From contig OZ255721.1 of the NCBI GenBank assembly GCA_965277285.1, positions 544,001 through 608,000 of the forward strand: DNA of 64,000 nucleotides, read 5' to 3'. Of this stretch, positions 1 through 10,355 are shown in pieces. The notes under the pieces were generated by a model, which saw only the letters and a list, made by a program, of their open reading frames with translations, did not search any database and had not been told where the DNA came from. Position numbers and translations under genes: made by a program. This stretch comes from Abditibacteriaceae bacterium (GTDB lineage: Bacteria; Armatimonadota; Abditibacteriia; Abditibacteriales; Abditibacteriaceae). The stretch's first letter is position 1. Each line of letters starts with the position of its first letter.

Positions 1-2
1 AA

Positions 3-1712
3 AGCGTCAACGCGACGCAACTGCGCAAAGGCGACATGGTGGTTTGCGAAGCGGGCGACATCATCCCGGGCGACGGCGAAGTCATCGCGGGCGTTGCCTC
101 AGTCGATGAATCGGCGATCACCGGCGAAAGCGCGCCCGTCATCCGCGAAAGCGGCGGCGACCGTTCAGCTGTCACGGGCGGCACCAAAGTTTTGTCGGAT
201 CGCGTCGTGATTCAAATCACCAGCAACCCGGGCGAAAGTTTCATCGACCGCATGATCGCGCTCGTTGAAGGCGCGCAACGCCAGAAAACGCCGAACGAAA
301 TCGCGCTCTCGATTTTGCTCGCCGGTTTGACCATCATCTTCTTGTTCGCCGTCGTGACGCTGCTGCCCTTCGCCAATTACAGCGTGCGCAGCGCGGGCAG
401 CGGACACGTGCCGTCGATCACGATTTTGGTCGCGCTGCTGGTCTGCCTGATTCCGACCACAATCGGCGGTTTGTTGAGCGCCATTGGCATCGCGGGCATG
501 GACAGAGTGATGCAGCACAACGTGCTGGCGATGAGCGGCAAAGCCGTCGAAGCGGCGGGCGATGTCAACACGCTGCTGCTCGACAAAACCGGAACGATCA
601 CGCTGGGCAACCGCCAGGCGGCGGAGTTTATTCCTATGCCTGGCGTCGAAATCAACGAACTGGCGAACGCGGCGCAATTGTCTTCACTCGCCGATGAAAC
701 GCCGGAAGGCCGCTCGATTGTGGTTTTGGCGAAGGAAAAATACGGCTTGCGTGGCCGCGAACTGAGCGACCGCGAAGCCGAGTTCATTCCTTTCACGGCG
801 CAGACGCGCATGAGCGGCGTCAACATTGACGGGATGCAGGTGCGCAAAGGCGCGGGCGATTCGGTCAAAGCGTGGGTTGTCGAGCAGGGCGGACACATTC
901 CCAACGAATTGGACGAAGTGACGACGCGCATCTCGAAAATCGGCGGCACGCCTCTGGTTGTGGCCTTGAACGATAAAGCTCTGGGCGTCATTTACCTGAA
1001 GGACATCGTGAAAGGCGGCATGCGCGAGCGCTTCGATCAACTGCGCTCGATGGGCATCAAAACCATCATGATCACGGGCGACAATCCTTTGACGGCTAAA
1101 GCGATTGCCGAAGAAGCGGGCGTCGATGATTTTCTGGCGCAGGCCACGCCCGAAGCGAAAATGGCGCTCATCAAAGCCGAACAAGCCGGTGGGAAACTGG
1201 TCGCCATGACGGGCGATGGCACCAACGACGCGCCCGCTCTCGCGCAGGCCGACGTGGGCGTGGCGATGAATACGGGAACGCAGGCCGCCAAAGAAGCCGG
1301 CAACATGGTCGATCTGGATTCCAACCCGACCAAGTTGATCGAAGTCGTCGAAATCGGCAAGCAGTTGCTGATGACGCGCGGCGCCTTGACGACGTTTTCG
1401 ATTGCCAACGACGTGGCGAAATACTTCGCCATCATCCCCGCGATGTTTGCGGGCACCTATCCCGAACTGAGCCGCTTGAACATCATGGGTTTGAGCAATC
1501 CGTATTCGGCGGTCTTGTCGGCGGTCATTTTCAACGCGCTGATTATTATCGCCTTGATTCCGCTGGCCTTGCGCGGCGTGAGTTACAAACCGATGGGCGC
1601 CGTTCAAACCCTGCGTCGCAACCTGCTCATTTACGGCGTCGGCGGCCTGATTGCGCCCTTCCCCGCGATCTGGATTATTGATCGAGTACTCGTTACGCTG
1701 CACCTGGCTTAA
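3..1712 (+). CDS. kdpB: K+-transporting ATPase subunit B (5'-truncated by window edge)
   Basis: [23 protein letters not shown] phosphorylation motif, [11 protein letters not shown], KdpB-type C-terminal [21 protein letters not shown]; the frame is open to the window start. Confidence 0.97.
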   Translation, partial: SVNATQLRKGDMVVCEAGDIIPGDGEVIAGVASVDESAITGESAPVIRESGGDRSAVTGGTKVLSDRVVIQITSNPGESFIDRMIALVEGAQRQKTPNEIALSILLAGLTIIFLFAVVTLLPFANYSVRSAGSGHVPSITILVALLVCLIPTTIGGLLSAIGIAGMDRVMQHNVLAMSGKAVEAAGDVNTLLLDKTGTITLGNRQAAEFIPMPGVEINELANAAQLSSLADETPEGRSIVVLAKEKYGLRGRELSDREAEFIPFTAQTRMSGVNIDGMQVRKGAGDSVKAWVVEQGGHIPNELDEVTTRISKIGGTPLVVALNDKALGVIYLKDIVKGGMRERFDQLRSMGIKTIMITGDNPLTAKAIAEEAGVDDFLAQATPEAKMALIKAEQAGGKLVAMTGDGTNDAPALAQADVGVAMNTGTQAAKEAGNMVDLDSNPTKLIEVVEIGKQLLMTRGALTTFSIANDVAKYFAIIPAMFAGTYPELSRLNIMGLSNPYSAVLSAVIFNALIIIALIPLALRGVSYKPMGAVQTLRRNLLIYGVGGLIAPFPAIWIIDRVLVTLHLA

Positions 1713-1721
1713 AAACGGATG

Positions 1722-1794
1722 GAAGAGGGCAACCACAAGGGTTGCCCCTACCGATGAATTCCATGTAGGGGTAACCCTTGTGGTTGCCCTCTTC
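1722..1794. repeat. GTAG-type REP doublet (inverted pair)
   Basis: gaagagggcaaccacaagggttgcccctac ... gtaggggtaacccttgtggttgccctcttc; near-identical unit at 40808-40869. Confidence 0.85.
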
Positions 1795-1832
1795 AGCCCA
1801 TTGACCTTCGCTTAAAATCTCAAGGAAACCTC

Positions 1833-2489
1833 ATGTTGAAACAACTTCGTCCCGCCATCGCCAGCGTTCTGGCCATCACCATTCTGACGGGCTTGATTTT
1901 CCCACTTCTCATCACCGCGATTTCGCAAGTCGTCTTTCCGCATCAGGCGAACGGCAGCCTGATCGAAGTCAATGGCAAAACGGTCGGCTCGCAACTGATC
2001 GGGCAAAACTTCACCGCGCCCGGATATTTTCATCCGCGCCCTTCGGCTGCCGGAAACGGCTACGACGCCGCCAATTCGAGCGGCACCAACCTGGGGCCGA
2101 CCAGCGACAAACTTTTGAACGGCATTCACAAGAAGCTGGCGAACGGCAAAGACGATCCGGGCAACTTCGACGGCATCAAAGATTTGACGGATGCGTATCG
2201 CAAAGAAAACAACATGGGCGCGGGCGACCTCGTTCCGCCGGACGCCGTGACACGTTCAGCCAGCGGACTGGATTCGGAAATCAGTCCGGCCAACGCCGCT
2301 TTGCAAGTCAAGCGCGTCGCCGCACAGCGCGGCCTGAGTGCCGAACAAGTGCAAGCGTTGGTTGATGAAAATACAGCGGGGCGCCAGTTGGGAATCTTGG
2401 GCGAACCACGCGTCAATGTCTTGACGTTGAACATCGCGCTCGACAAAGCCGCGCCAGGCAAAGCTGGCCCTATCGTGAAATCGTCCTAA
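1833..2489 (+). CDS. kdpC: K+-transporting ATPase subunit C
   Basis: N-terminal TM, QANGSL, GSQLIGQNF, YFHPRPSA, SASGLD, GEPRVNVLTLN motifs; SD aagga; follows kdpB. Confidence 0.96.
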   Translation: MLKQLRPAIASVLAITILTGLIFPLLITAISQVVFPHQANGSLIEVNGKTVGSQLIGQNFTAPGYFHPRPSAAGNGYDAANSSGTNLGPTSDKLLNGIHKKLANGKDDPGNFDGIKDLTDAYRKENNMGAGDLVPPDAVTRSASGLDSEISPANAALQVKRVAAQRGLSAEQVQALVDENTAGRQLGILGEPRVNVLTLNIALDKAAPGKAGPIVKSS

Positions 2490-2491
2490 AT

Positions 2492-2597
2492 CGTAGGGGC
2501 TTGGCGCGCCAAGCCCGCGTAATTTGCCGCTTGTTTAACAATTGCGGATTGTTCAATTCGGGCTTGATGCGCGGGCTTGGCACGCCAAGCCCCTACG
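2492..2597. repeat. GTAG-type REP doublet
   Basis: cgtaggggcttggcgcgccaagcccgcg ... cgcgggcttggcacgccaagcccctacg; related unit at 58038-58107. Confidence 0.85.
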
Positions 2598-2637
2598 GTT
2601 CGCCAATCGAGTACTCGAAACGCAACAAAGGAACGAC

Positions 2638-2826
2638 ATGACCGGGCCGCTTGAATTGATGACGCGAGGTCAGCAGGCGTTTATCTGCATCGGTCTCTTC
2701 GTCATCTTGGTCGTTTTGCAATATCTTCCCCGACGAAAGTCATCCGGCCAAACGAAGCGCCAGACGAAGCGCCAGCAACCTCTCGATACTTCGCAGCCGC
2801 CTTCCTGGTGGGAAGATTGGGAGTGA
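2638..2826 (+). CDS. Small single-pass membrane protein (62 aa), hypothetical
   Basis: SD aaagga before ATG 2638; hydrophobic stretch AFICIGLFVILVVLQYL followed by basic residues. Confidence 0.5.
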   Translation: MTGPLELMTRGQQAFICIGLFVILVVLQYLPRRKSSGQTKRQTKRQQPLDTSQPPSWWEDWE

Positions 2827-2976
2827 CATTTGGCGCAGTCAGCTTCAAAAGACGGCAAGAACTTCAGGTGGCGTAAGCCCAGGTTTAGAGAAGCGAGTTT
2901 TTGGACTCTGGTTATAATTTCCGTTTGGCCGGTGAAATTTGTATCATGGCAATGAAGTTTGGTGCGGCACAATTTT

Positions 2977-4527
2977 ATGAATCACGATGGCCTCAACGTC
3001 ACCCAATTTTTCTGGCTGCTGTTGATCTCCTTTGGGGTGGCGTTGCTCGCGCGGCGCTTGCGCGTGCCGTATGCTTTGGCGCTCGTCGTCACAGGCTTGT
3101 TGATCGGCATCCCTCGTTTGATGCCGCAGGCGCATCTCGAGCCACACCTGCTGTTCACCGTGTTTCTGCCGCCTTTGTTGTTCGAGTCGGCGATCCATCT
3201 GCGCCTGGATGCGCTGCGCCGCGATTGGAAGCCGATTGCGATTTACACGCTATTCGGCACGATCTTCTCGACTTTCATCGTGGGCGGCTTGATGGCGTGG
3301 CTCTTGAAGTTGCCGCTTCCCGTCGCGCTGGTTTTTGGAGCCTTGATTTCGGCGACCGATCCGATTTCGGTTATCGCGATCTTCAAGCGATTGGGCGCGG
3401 GACGGCGCTTGACGCTCATTATGGAAGCCGAAAGCTTGTTCAACGATGGCGTGGCGGTCGTGCTGTTCACGGTTTTGTTGGGCGTGGCGCTGGGCGGGAC
3501 GGCTTCGTGGGCGTTGGGATTGGGTCAGTTCGTGCGGTTGGTTGTGGGCGGCGTTCTTCTGGGAGTCGCGATTGGCGCGATGGCTTCGCGCGTTCATCTG
3601 GAACTGGACGACCATCTGGTGGAAATCACGCTGACGACTGTGGTGGCGTTTGGCGCTTATCTGGGCGCCGAAGCCTTGCATCTTTCGGGCGTGGTCGCTG
3701 TTGTTTCGGCGGGACTGACAATCGGCAATTTCGGCCAGACGGCGATGTCTCCGAGTACTCGATTGGCGGTCACGGCGTTCTGGGAATACGCGGGCTTCGT
3801 CGTCAATTCGCTGGTCTTTTTGCTGGTGGGAATCGAGGTCGTTTATGTCAACTGGACGGACAAGTTCGGCGTGGCGCTCGTTGCGTCGCTGATTGTTCTG
3901 GCCGGACGCGCCGCGATTTATCCACTGACCTTCGTGGTCAACCGCGTGGGTGGCGAAGTGCCGCGCGCCTGGCGACATATTTTGTTCTGGGGCGGCTTGC
4001 GCGGCGCGCTTTCGATGGCGCTGGTCTTGGGGCTGCCCGCAAATTTCCCGCAGCGCGACACTCTCGTGGCCGCGACTTTCGGCGTCGTCTTGTTTTCCTT
4101 GCTGGTGCAGGGGCTTTCCATCGGAACGCTGTTGCAACGCTTGGGATTGTCGGCGCCTGGCGTCCTCAGTCCGCGTGGCAATCAGCGCCTGGCCAGTGAA
4201 ATTGCGGCAATACGCGTCGCGCTGGCGCATTTAGAACAAATGCGGATGAGCGAAACCCATCCGCCGTGGATTATCGAAACGCTGACGCATGATTACGAGC
4301 GCCGTCTAACGCTGTTAAATCCGTCGGCGGAAGGGATGCAGCCGCAAGACGGTTTGAGGGAAGAAAAACAAGCCGCTGAAGTACGCAGCCTGATTTTGGC
4401 GGCAGAGAAAAGCTCTTATCAGGACGCCGAGCGACAGGGACTTTTGGAAGAAGAAGACTGGCGCCGCATCGCCGAGCGCATTGATGCCGAATTGTTGGCC
4501 TTGAAACTAAAGCTTATGGCGCCTTGA
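2977..4527 (+). CDS. CPA1-family Na+(K+)/H+ antiporter
   Basis: FLPPLLFESA, ALISATDPISV, ESLFNDG, WGGLRGALS motifs; multiple TMs; start at ATG 2977 assumed. Confidence 0.93.
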   Translation: MNHDGLNVTQFFWLLLISFGVALLARRLRVPYALALVVTGLLIGIPRLMPQAHLEPHLLFTVFLPPLLFESAIHLRLDALRRDWKPIAIYTLFGTIFSTFIVGGLMAWLLKLPLPVALVFGALISATDPISVIAIFKRLGAGRRLTLIMEAESLFNDGVAVVLFTVLLGVALGGTASWALGLGQFVRLVVGGVLLGVAIGAMASRVHLELDDHLVEITLTTVVAFGAYLGAEALHLSGVVAVVSAGLTIGNFGQTAMSPSTRLAVTAFWEYAGFVVNSLVFLLVGIEVVYVNWTDKFGVALVASLIVLAGRAAIYPLTFVVNRVGGEVPRAWRHILFWGGLRGALSMALVLGLPANFPQRDTLVAATFGVVLFSLLVQGLSIGTLLQRLGLSAPGVLSPRGNQRLASEIAAIRVALAHLEQMRMSETHPPWIIETLTHDYERRLTLLNPSAEGMQPQDGLREEKQAAEVRSLILAAEKSSYQDAERQGLLEEEDWRRIAERIDAELLALKLKLMAP

Positions 4528-4554
4528 GCGCACCAATCTCACGAATTACTTGCC

Positions 4555-6501
4555 ATGCAATTTTCTTTGCGTCGTTTACTGATCGGCGATCCGCTGCGCA
4601 CCGAGCAAGCCGGTCATCAAAAGCTGTCGAACCTGCTGGCGCTGCCGGTTTTCGCGTCCGATGCCCTGTCGTCGGTGGCTTTTGCGACGGAAGAAATTAT
4701 GGCGGCGCTGCTGGTCGCGGGCGCTGGAACTTTCGGCTTGACGCCGTGGCTCAGCTTGGGCATCGTGCTTCTACTGGCGATTGTCACGGTTTCCTATCAG
4801 CAAACCATCACGGCTTATCCCGGTGGCGGCGGGGCTTACACAGTCGCGGGCGCGAATCTGGGTTCGCTGGCCGGACGCAGCGCGGGCGCGGCCTTGCTCA
4901 TCGACTATGTGCTGAACGCCGCCGTTTGTGCCAGTGCGGGCGCCGCAGCAGTCACTTCGCTGGCCTTGAATTATGGCCATCATTGGGAACGTTTCATGGT
5001 GCCGATTGCCATTGGCTTCATCGTGTTTATAGCGATCATCAACCTGCGCGGCGTGCGCGAAAGCGGGGCGATTTTCGCGGTTCCGGTTTATGGATTCCTC
5101 GTCGTCATGTTCGCCTTGATCGGTGTTGGCTTGTGGAAGTATATGGGCGGAACCTTGATTCCGGCGCACTCGATGGCCGAGTTGCAGGCGGCGCGCGTTG
5201 CGGACGAACATAACGCCACGTCCACTCTGGTGCCGCTCGGATTGTTCTTGTTGCTCCACGCTTTCTCGTCCGGTTGCACGGCTTTGACCGGCGTCGAAGC
5301 GATCTCCAATGGCGTGTCGGCTTTCAAAGACCCGGCGCCCAAGAACGCGCGCATCACGATGATTTGGATGGCGTGTTTACTGGGTTCGATTTTTCTGGGC
5401 TTGAGCTATTTGGCTTCCAAAGCCGGAACGCTGCCGCCCAATGCCCAGGGTTACGAAGAAACCGTGTTGTCGCAGGTCGCTCGCGTCGTCTTTGGAACGG
5501 GGCCGCTATATTTCGTGGTGCAATTTGCGACGTGCGCGATTCTCATTTTGTCGGCCAACACGTCTTTCGCCGATTTCCCGCGCCTGAGTTCGCTGATGGC
5601 GCGCGACGGTTTGCTGCCGCGCCAGTTGGCCAACATCGGCGACAAGCTGGTTTTCGACCGTGGCATCGTCGTCTTAGCTTTGGCCTCTGTTTTTCTGGTG
5701 ATTCTTTTTGGTGGCAGCGTTCACGCCCTGATTCCGCTTTTCGCCATCGGTGTGTTCCTCAGTTTCACGCTCAGTCAGGCGGGCATGGTGCGGCGCTGGA
5801 TGAGAAATCGCGCGCCGGGCTGGAAACTCAAGGCGTTCACCAATGGTCTGGGCGCCTTTGTGACAGGCGTGGTGACCGTTGTCTTTGGCATTGTAAAGTT
5901 CACCAGCGGCGCCTGGGTTGTCGTGCTTTTGATTCCGCTGCTGGTTTTGTTGCTGAGCGTCATTCGGCGCCATTATGTCAGTGCAGAAAAACAGTTGCAT
6001 CTCACCGGCCCGACGCCTTCGGTCGAGATGCAGCATCACGTTTTGGTGCTGGTGTCCGATCTTCATAAAGGCATTCTGCCGGCTTTGCACTATGCGCGCT
6101 CGATGTCGGGGAAAGTCGAGGCGCTGCACATCGGCATCAGTTCGCGCCGCGTCGAGTTTCTGCGCGAACACTGGAGTCACTACGCGGGAGGCGTGCCTCT
6201 TGTCGTCCTCGATTCGCCTTATCGGGAATTGGTCAATCCAGTACTCGATTATATCGACGGCCTGCAAAAACAAACGCCCCATTGTCTGGTGACCGTTGTC
6301 ATTCCCGAAGCGCTGACTGGCAACTGGCTGACCGATTTGCTGCACGGGCAAGCCGGTATTCGCTTGCTATGGCCGCTGCGCTCCAAACGCGGCGTGATCG
6401 CTACGCACGTTCCTTATCACATCAAACCTTTTGTGAAATTGGATTTTGATGACGAATCGCCCGCGCACCAAGTAGAAACGAGCGATCAAGGACTTTCATG
6501 A
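4555..6501 (+). CDS. APC-superfamily transporter of YdaO/KimA type (probable K+/H+ symporter)
   Basis: LLIGDPL...ALPVFASDALSSVAFATEEI, YPGGGGAY, GVEAISNGV, FADFPRL, C-terminal SPYRELVNP cytosolic domain; lies in the kdp locus. Confidence 0.88.
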   Translation: MQFSLRRLLIGDPLRTEQAGHQKLSNLLALPVFASDALSSVAFATEEIMAALLVAGAGTFGLTPWLSLGIVLLLAIVTVSYQQTITAYPGGGGAYTVAGANLGSLAGRSAGAALLIDYVLNAAVCASAGAAAVTSLALNYGHHWERFMVPIAIGFIVFIAIINLRGVRESGAIFAVPVYGFLVVMFALIGVGLWKYMGGTLIPAHSMAELQAARVADEHNATSTLVPLGLFLLLHAFSSGCTALTGVEAISNGVSAFKDPAPKNARITMIWMACLLGSIFLGLSYLASKAGTLPPNAQGYEETVLSQVARVVFGTGPLYFVVQFATCAILILSANTSFADFPRLSSLMARDGLLPRQLANIGDKLVFDRGIVVLALASVFLVILFGGSVHALIPLFAIGVFLSFTLSQAGMVRRWMRNRAPGWKLKAFTNGLGAFVTGVVTVVFGIVKFTSGAWVVVLLIPLLVLLLSVIRRHYVSAEKQLHLTGPTPSVEMQHHVLVLVSDLHKGILPALHYARSMSGKVEALHIGISSRRVEFLREHWSHYAGGVPLVVLDSPYRELVNPVLDYIDGLQKQTPHCLVTVVIPEALTGNWLTDLLHGQAGIRLLWPLRSKRGVIATHVPYHIKPFVKLDFDDESPAHQVETSDQGLS

Positions 6502-8336
6502 GAAGCCTCCGCAAACAACTTTTTTTCAGTCACCTCGCGCTGGTTGCTCTGATGGCGCTGGTGATGCTGGGCGCGATCATCAACTTCCTGCGCCTGGGGC
6601 TTTCGATTGACCACATCCTGCGCGACAACTACAAAAGCGTCATCGCCGCGCAAAATATGAAGGAATCGCTGGAGCGCATCGACAGTTCGACGCAGTTTTT
6701 CTTAGCCGGAGAAACCCAACTCGCGCGCACTCAATACAAGCAAAACCTGCCACTTTTCCAGAGCGCTTATAACGTGGAAGCCAACAACATCACCGAAGTT
6801 GGCGAGCAGCAATTGGCCGATGCGATTGGGGGCGGTTTCAAAACTTACAGCCGCGACGCCGAAAGTTTGTTGTTCGGCGCAACTTTGTCTGCCGCGCAAA
6901 AACGCGATTATTATTTTCATCGCCTCGCGCCTCAATTCCTGGCTTTGAAAGACCAGGCGCAACGAGTACTCGATGTGAACCAGGCGGCGATTCTGCGCGC
7001 CGACGCCCGCGCGCGTTCTCAAGCGCGACAGGGAATGTGGATCGGCATCCTGATGACGCTGACGGCGCTTGGCCTCGCACTGATTTTCGCGCGCACCGCC
7101 ATCAACGCCTCGCTGACGCCTTTGGGTGCTCTGGCGCAGGGCGCGGAAGAAATCGGCGCCGGACACTTGAACCGTCGCATCGAACTGCATCGCGCCGATG
7201 AAATCGGGTTGCTGGCGCAATCGTTCAACGGCATGGCGGAAAAGCTGCGCGAGGCGCGTCGCGTCGAACAGCAACGCTTGCATCGCGCTCAACAAATGTC
7301 GGACGCCGCGCTGGAAAGTTTGTACGATCCCGTGATCGTGACCGATGCGCTGGGCAGCGTGGTGCATTTCAATCCCGCCGCGGAGCGTTTGTTCGGTTCG
7401 GCCAAAGACGCGACCGGAAAACCGATTGCGCAAGTCGTCGGCGAAGAGCGCATCGCGCGCGCCATCGAACACGCCATCAAGCAAAAAGAAGTGACCGCCG
7501 AGGAAGAAGAAACCGCCTTTGTGCCGTTGCGCGTCGGCGAAGAGCAGCGTTCTTATCGCGTGCGCGCCACGCCGATGCGCGACGAAGACGCCTTGCTGGG
7601 TGCGGTTTTAGTACTCGAAGACGTGACGCACTTGCGCGAACTCAGCCGCCTGAAAAGCGAATTTATCGGCGTCGCCTCGCACGAATTGCGCACGCCCGTG
7701 ACATCGTTGTTGTTGTCGGCGCAGCTTTTAGAAGAAGGCGCAGCGGGCGCGTTGAACCCCGATCAGGCTGAAATCGTGGCCGCGCAACGCGAAGATTTGG
7801 GGCGCCTGGATCAACTGATGCGCGACTTGCTGGACATCACGCGCCTGGAATCGGGCACCACGCCGCCGCGCCTGGAGCCGACGCATCCGCGTGAACTGGC
7901 GCAGGAATCCTTCGATATGGTGCAAGCAGTGGCCAAGGGCAAAGGCGTCGCCTTGAAGATCGTCGCGCCCGACGATTTGCCCTGCGTGCGCGCCGACCGC
8001 GCGCAAATGGATCGCGTCCTCGTCAACCTTTTGAATAACGCCATTCGCCACACGCCGGAGGGAAAAGCCGTTCAAGTCGAAGTCGCGCGAGTGGATTCTT
8101 CCCCCGAATCGAAAGTGCGATTCCGCGTTTCCGATGAAGGCGAAGGCATTCCCGCCGAGTTTTTGGGGCGCATTTTTAGTCGTTTCGTGCAGGTTCCGGG
8201 CGCCACGCGCGGCGGCGTCGGTTTGGGTTTGTCCATCGCGCAAACCATTGTCAAAGCGCACGGAGGTGAGATCAAAGCCGACAGCGAGACAGGCAAAGGC
8301 AGTACCTTCTGGTTCGATTTGCCAGCCGAAATGTGA
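6498..8336 (+). CDS. Sensor histidine kinase (periplasmic helical bundle, HAMP, PAS, HisKA, HATPase)
   Basis: Two TMs, HAMP (DEIGLLAQSFNGM), PAS (FNPAAE), SHELRTP, NLLNNA, DEGEGI, GLGLSI; ATGA overlap with the upstream gene. Confidence 0.95.
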   Translation: MRSLRKQLFFSHLALVALMALVMLGAIINFLRLGLSIDHILRDNYKSVIAAQNMKESLERIDSSTQFFLAGETQLARTQYKQNLPLFQSAYNVEANNITEVGEQQLADAIGGGFKTYSRDAESLLFGATLSAAQKRDYYFHRLAPQFLALKDQAQRVLDVNQAAILRADARARSQARQGMWIGILMTLTALGLALIFARTAINASLTPLGALAQGAEEIGAGHLNRRIELHRADEIGLLAQSFNGMAEKLREARRVEQQRLHRAQQMSDAALESLYDPVIVTDALGSVVHFNPAAERLFGSAKDATGKPIAQVVGEERIARAIEHAIKQKEVTAEEEETAFVPLRVGEEQRSYRVRATPMRDEDALLGAVLVLEDVTHLRELSRLKSEFIGVASHELRTPVTSLLLSAQLLEEGAAGALNPDQAEIVAAQREDLGRLDQLMRDLLDITRLESGTTPPRLEPTHPRELAQESFDMVQAVAKGKGVALKIVAPDDLPCVRADRAQMDRVLVNLLNNAIRHTPEGKAVQVEVARVDSSPESKVRFRVSDEGEGIPAEFLGRIFSRFVQVPGATRGGVGLGLSIAQTIVKAHGGEIKADSETGKGSTFWFDLPAEM

Positions 8337-8376
8337 AAAGCTGATTTGAAATGGAACACGGAGCTTCGGACACAGA

Positions 8377-8609
8377 TTGAACGGATGAACACGAATCGAA
8401 AATAGAGAAAAGATGAGATCGAGTACGGGATTTTCAAGATCTTGGCAGCATTTTGCAAAGCAGAAAACAGCACCAGAAACTCGCAGTTTGTCATTCTGAG
8501 CGCAGCGAAGAATCTAACTTCAGATATAGATTCTTCGCTGCGCTCAGAATGACAAACTCCAAGACCATGCAAAATCAGCTTCGATTTCGATCCGTGTTCA
8601 TCCGTTCAA
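8377..8609. repeat. Nested palindromic composite: outer 25-bp IR, MITE-like middle layer, inner GTCATTCTGAG REP pair (8485-8558)
   Basis: ttgaacggatgaacacgaatcgaaa / tttcgatccgtgttcatccgttcaa; cattttgcaaagcagaaaacagc at 8449 matches 63621; inner 32-bp perfect arms agtttgtcattctgagcgcagcgaagaatcta. Confidence 0.85.
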
Positions 8610-8677
8610 CCCATGGAGCAAAATTCCGTGTTCCCAATTTCGCAAGAGTTTCTGAAAAGTCGCAAGGAGTACTCGAG

Positions 8678-9472
8678 ATGTCTCATATTTTAGTGGTTGA
8701 TGACGAGAAGAACATTCGCAAGATGGTGCGCCTGACGCTGGAGCGCGCCGGTCATACATTGGAAATCGCCGAAGATGGCCAGCGTGCTCTGGAAATTTTC
8801 GGCGATGGCGCGGGCTGGGATTTGGTGTTGACCGACCAGCGCATGCCCGCCATGGAAGGCCGCGAAGTGACGCTTGAAATGCGACGCCGCGACCCTGCCG
8901 CGCGCATCGTGATGATGACGGCTTTCGCCACCGACGAACTGGCGGGTGAGATTTTGCGCGCCGGAGCCGTCGACTTTCTGCGCAAGCCTTTTTCCGCCGA
9001 CACCTTGCGCAGCGCGATTGCTGCGGCGTTGGCGCGCCCGCGCGAAGAATTGTCTCTGAAACTGGAAGACAATCAAAAAACCGCAACGCCGCCGCGCCCG
9101 ATGGCGATGCCAAACATTTCGTATTACCTGAACGGTTTCACGTATTGGCCTGTGCCACTTTTGGAAGACGAAGAGCGCGCCTATCATTCGTTTCCCGTGA
9201 CGCGCGCTTTTCTGGTGCAAACGCCGGGCGCTCATAATCAGCGGCGCGTGGTCGGCATTACCGCGCATGTTCAGGAAATAGCGAAAAAGGAAAGCGGTCT
9301 GGAATTGGAACCTGCGCACGCCGTCTGGGACACTTTGTGTCAGGGCATTTTCGCCAATTACCTGTGGGAAAACGCCGCTCTGCCGCCCGAAGTACTGCCC
9401 ATCTTTGAACTGACGAGCGCTCAATCGCATGCTTTGCGCACGCGCTCACGGTACAAGGACGAAGACGATTAA
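8678..9472 (+). CDS. Response regulator 1 (REC + unrecognised C-terminal domain)
   Basis: ILVVDDE, LTDQRMP, MTAF, KPF receiver motifs; SD aaggag upstream of ATG 8678. Confidence 0.9.
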   Translation: MSHILVVDDEKNIRKMVRLTLERAGHTLEIAEDGQRALEIFGDGAGWDLVLTDQRMPAMEGREVTLEMRRRDPAARIVMMTAFATDELAGEILRAGAVDFLRKPFSADTLRSAIAAALARPREELSLKLEDNQKTATPPRPMAMPNISYYLNGFTYWPVPLLEDEERAYHSFPVTRAFLVQTPGAHNQRRVVGITAHVQEIAKKESGLELEPAHAVWDTLCQGIFANYLWENAALPPEVLPIFELTSAQSHALRTRSRYKDEDD

Positions 9473-9507
9473 ACTGGAGCAAAACACGCAATCAAGAAGG
9501 AAAAGTC

Positions 9508-10263
9508 ATGTCTCGAGTACTCGTTGTGGACGACGAAAACAATATCCGCCTGATGGTGCGACTGGCGCTCCAGGCGTCCAAGCATGAAGTGCAAACCGCC
9601 TCCGACGGCCAGGAAGCCCTCGATCTTTTCGGCGACGGCACCAACTGCGACGCCGTTTTGCTCGATCAAAGAATGCCTGGCATGGAAGGCCTCGATGTTC
9701 TGCGCGAAATGCGGCGCCGCGACACGACAGCGCGCGTTGTGATGATGACGGCTTTTGGCACCATCGACCTGGCCGCGTCCGCGATGCAGGCTGGCGCGAC
9801 TGGCTTTCTGCGCAAGCCTTTCACAACCACCATTTTGCGTAGCGCCGTTCAGGACGCGCTCGAAAACGTGTCCATTGTTCCCGAAAACAAAGTGCAAGCG
9901 CCACTCGCAGCGTCGCATTTCGAGCGCGCTTCGATCAACGGTTTTCGCATTCAGCCTTTGGAGGCCGAACAGCCCGCGATTAATGCGGATGGCACCCTCG
10001 AGTACTCGTTTGGCGTTTGCGGCATGGCAAACGAGGCTGCCGCGCGCTGCACCGTGATTTTGCCGCGATACGTGGTCGAATTGGTGCGCGCGCACGCCGA
10101 CCGCGAAGAAATGCCAGATCCTTTGTTCTGGCGCTGGCTCTGCGAAGAATCGCTGGCCAATTACCTGTGGCAAAACGCCGAAGCGCCAAGCGGCGGAACC
10201 TTGCGCGTCGATGAACTGACAACCGGCATGCGCCGCTGGATGGACGCCGTTTTGACGAGTTGA
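9508..10263 (+). CDS. Response regulator 2 (REC + unrecognised C-terminal domain), paralog of RR1
   Basis: VLVVDDE, LLDQRMPG, MTAF, KPF; C-terminus shares NGF and ANYLWxNA with RR1. Confidence 0.9.
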   Translation: MSRVLVVDDENNIRLMVRLALQASKHEVQTASDGQEALDLFGDGTNCDAVLLDQRMPGMEGLDVLREMRRRDTTARVVMMTAFGTIDLAASAMQAGATGFLRKPFTTTILRSAVQDALENVSIVPENKVQAPLAASHFERASINGFRIQPLEAEQPAINADGTLEYSFGVCGMANEAAARCTVILPRYVVELVRAHADREEMPDPLFWRWLCEESLANYLWQNAEAPSGGTLRVDELTTGMRRWMDAVLTS

Positions 10264-10355
10264 AAGCGTGATCCGAGTAAAAAACGCGCCGCAATAAAAC
10301 AGAATTTGGTGCCCAATTGCTCACCGCCCACCCATGAACGAGTGATCTACAGTTG

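Noticed and set aside
2827..2976. c-di-AMP (ydaO) riboswitch before the antiporter/KimA-like genes
   Set aside because: I could not find the conserved motif elements by eye; an Rfam scan would be decisive
8453..8677. 75-aa N-terminal extension of RR1 in the ORF track
   Set aside because: It is translated REP/MITE sequence; the SD and REC domain point to ATG 8678
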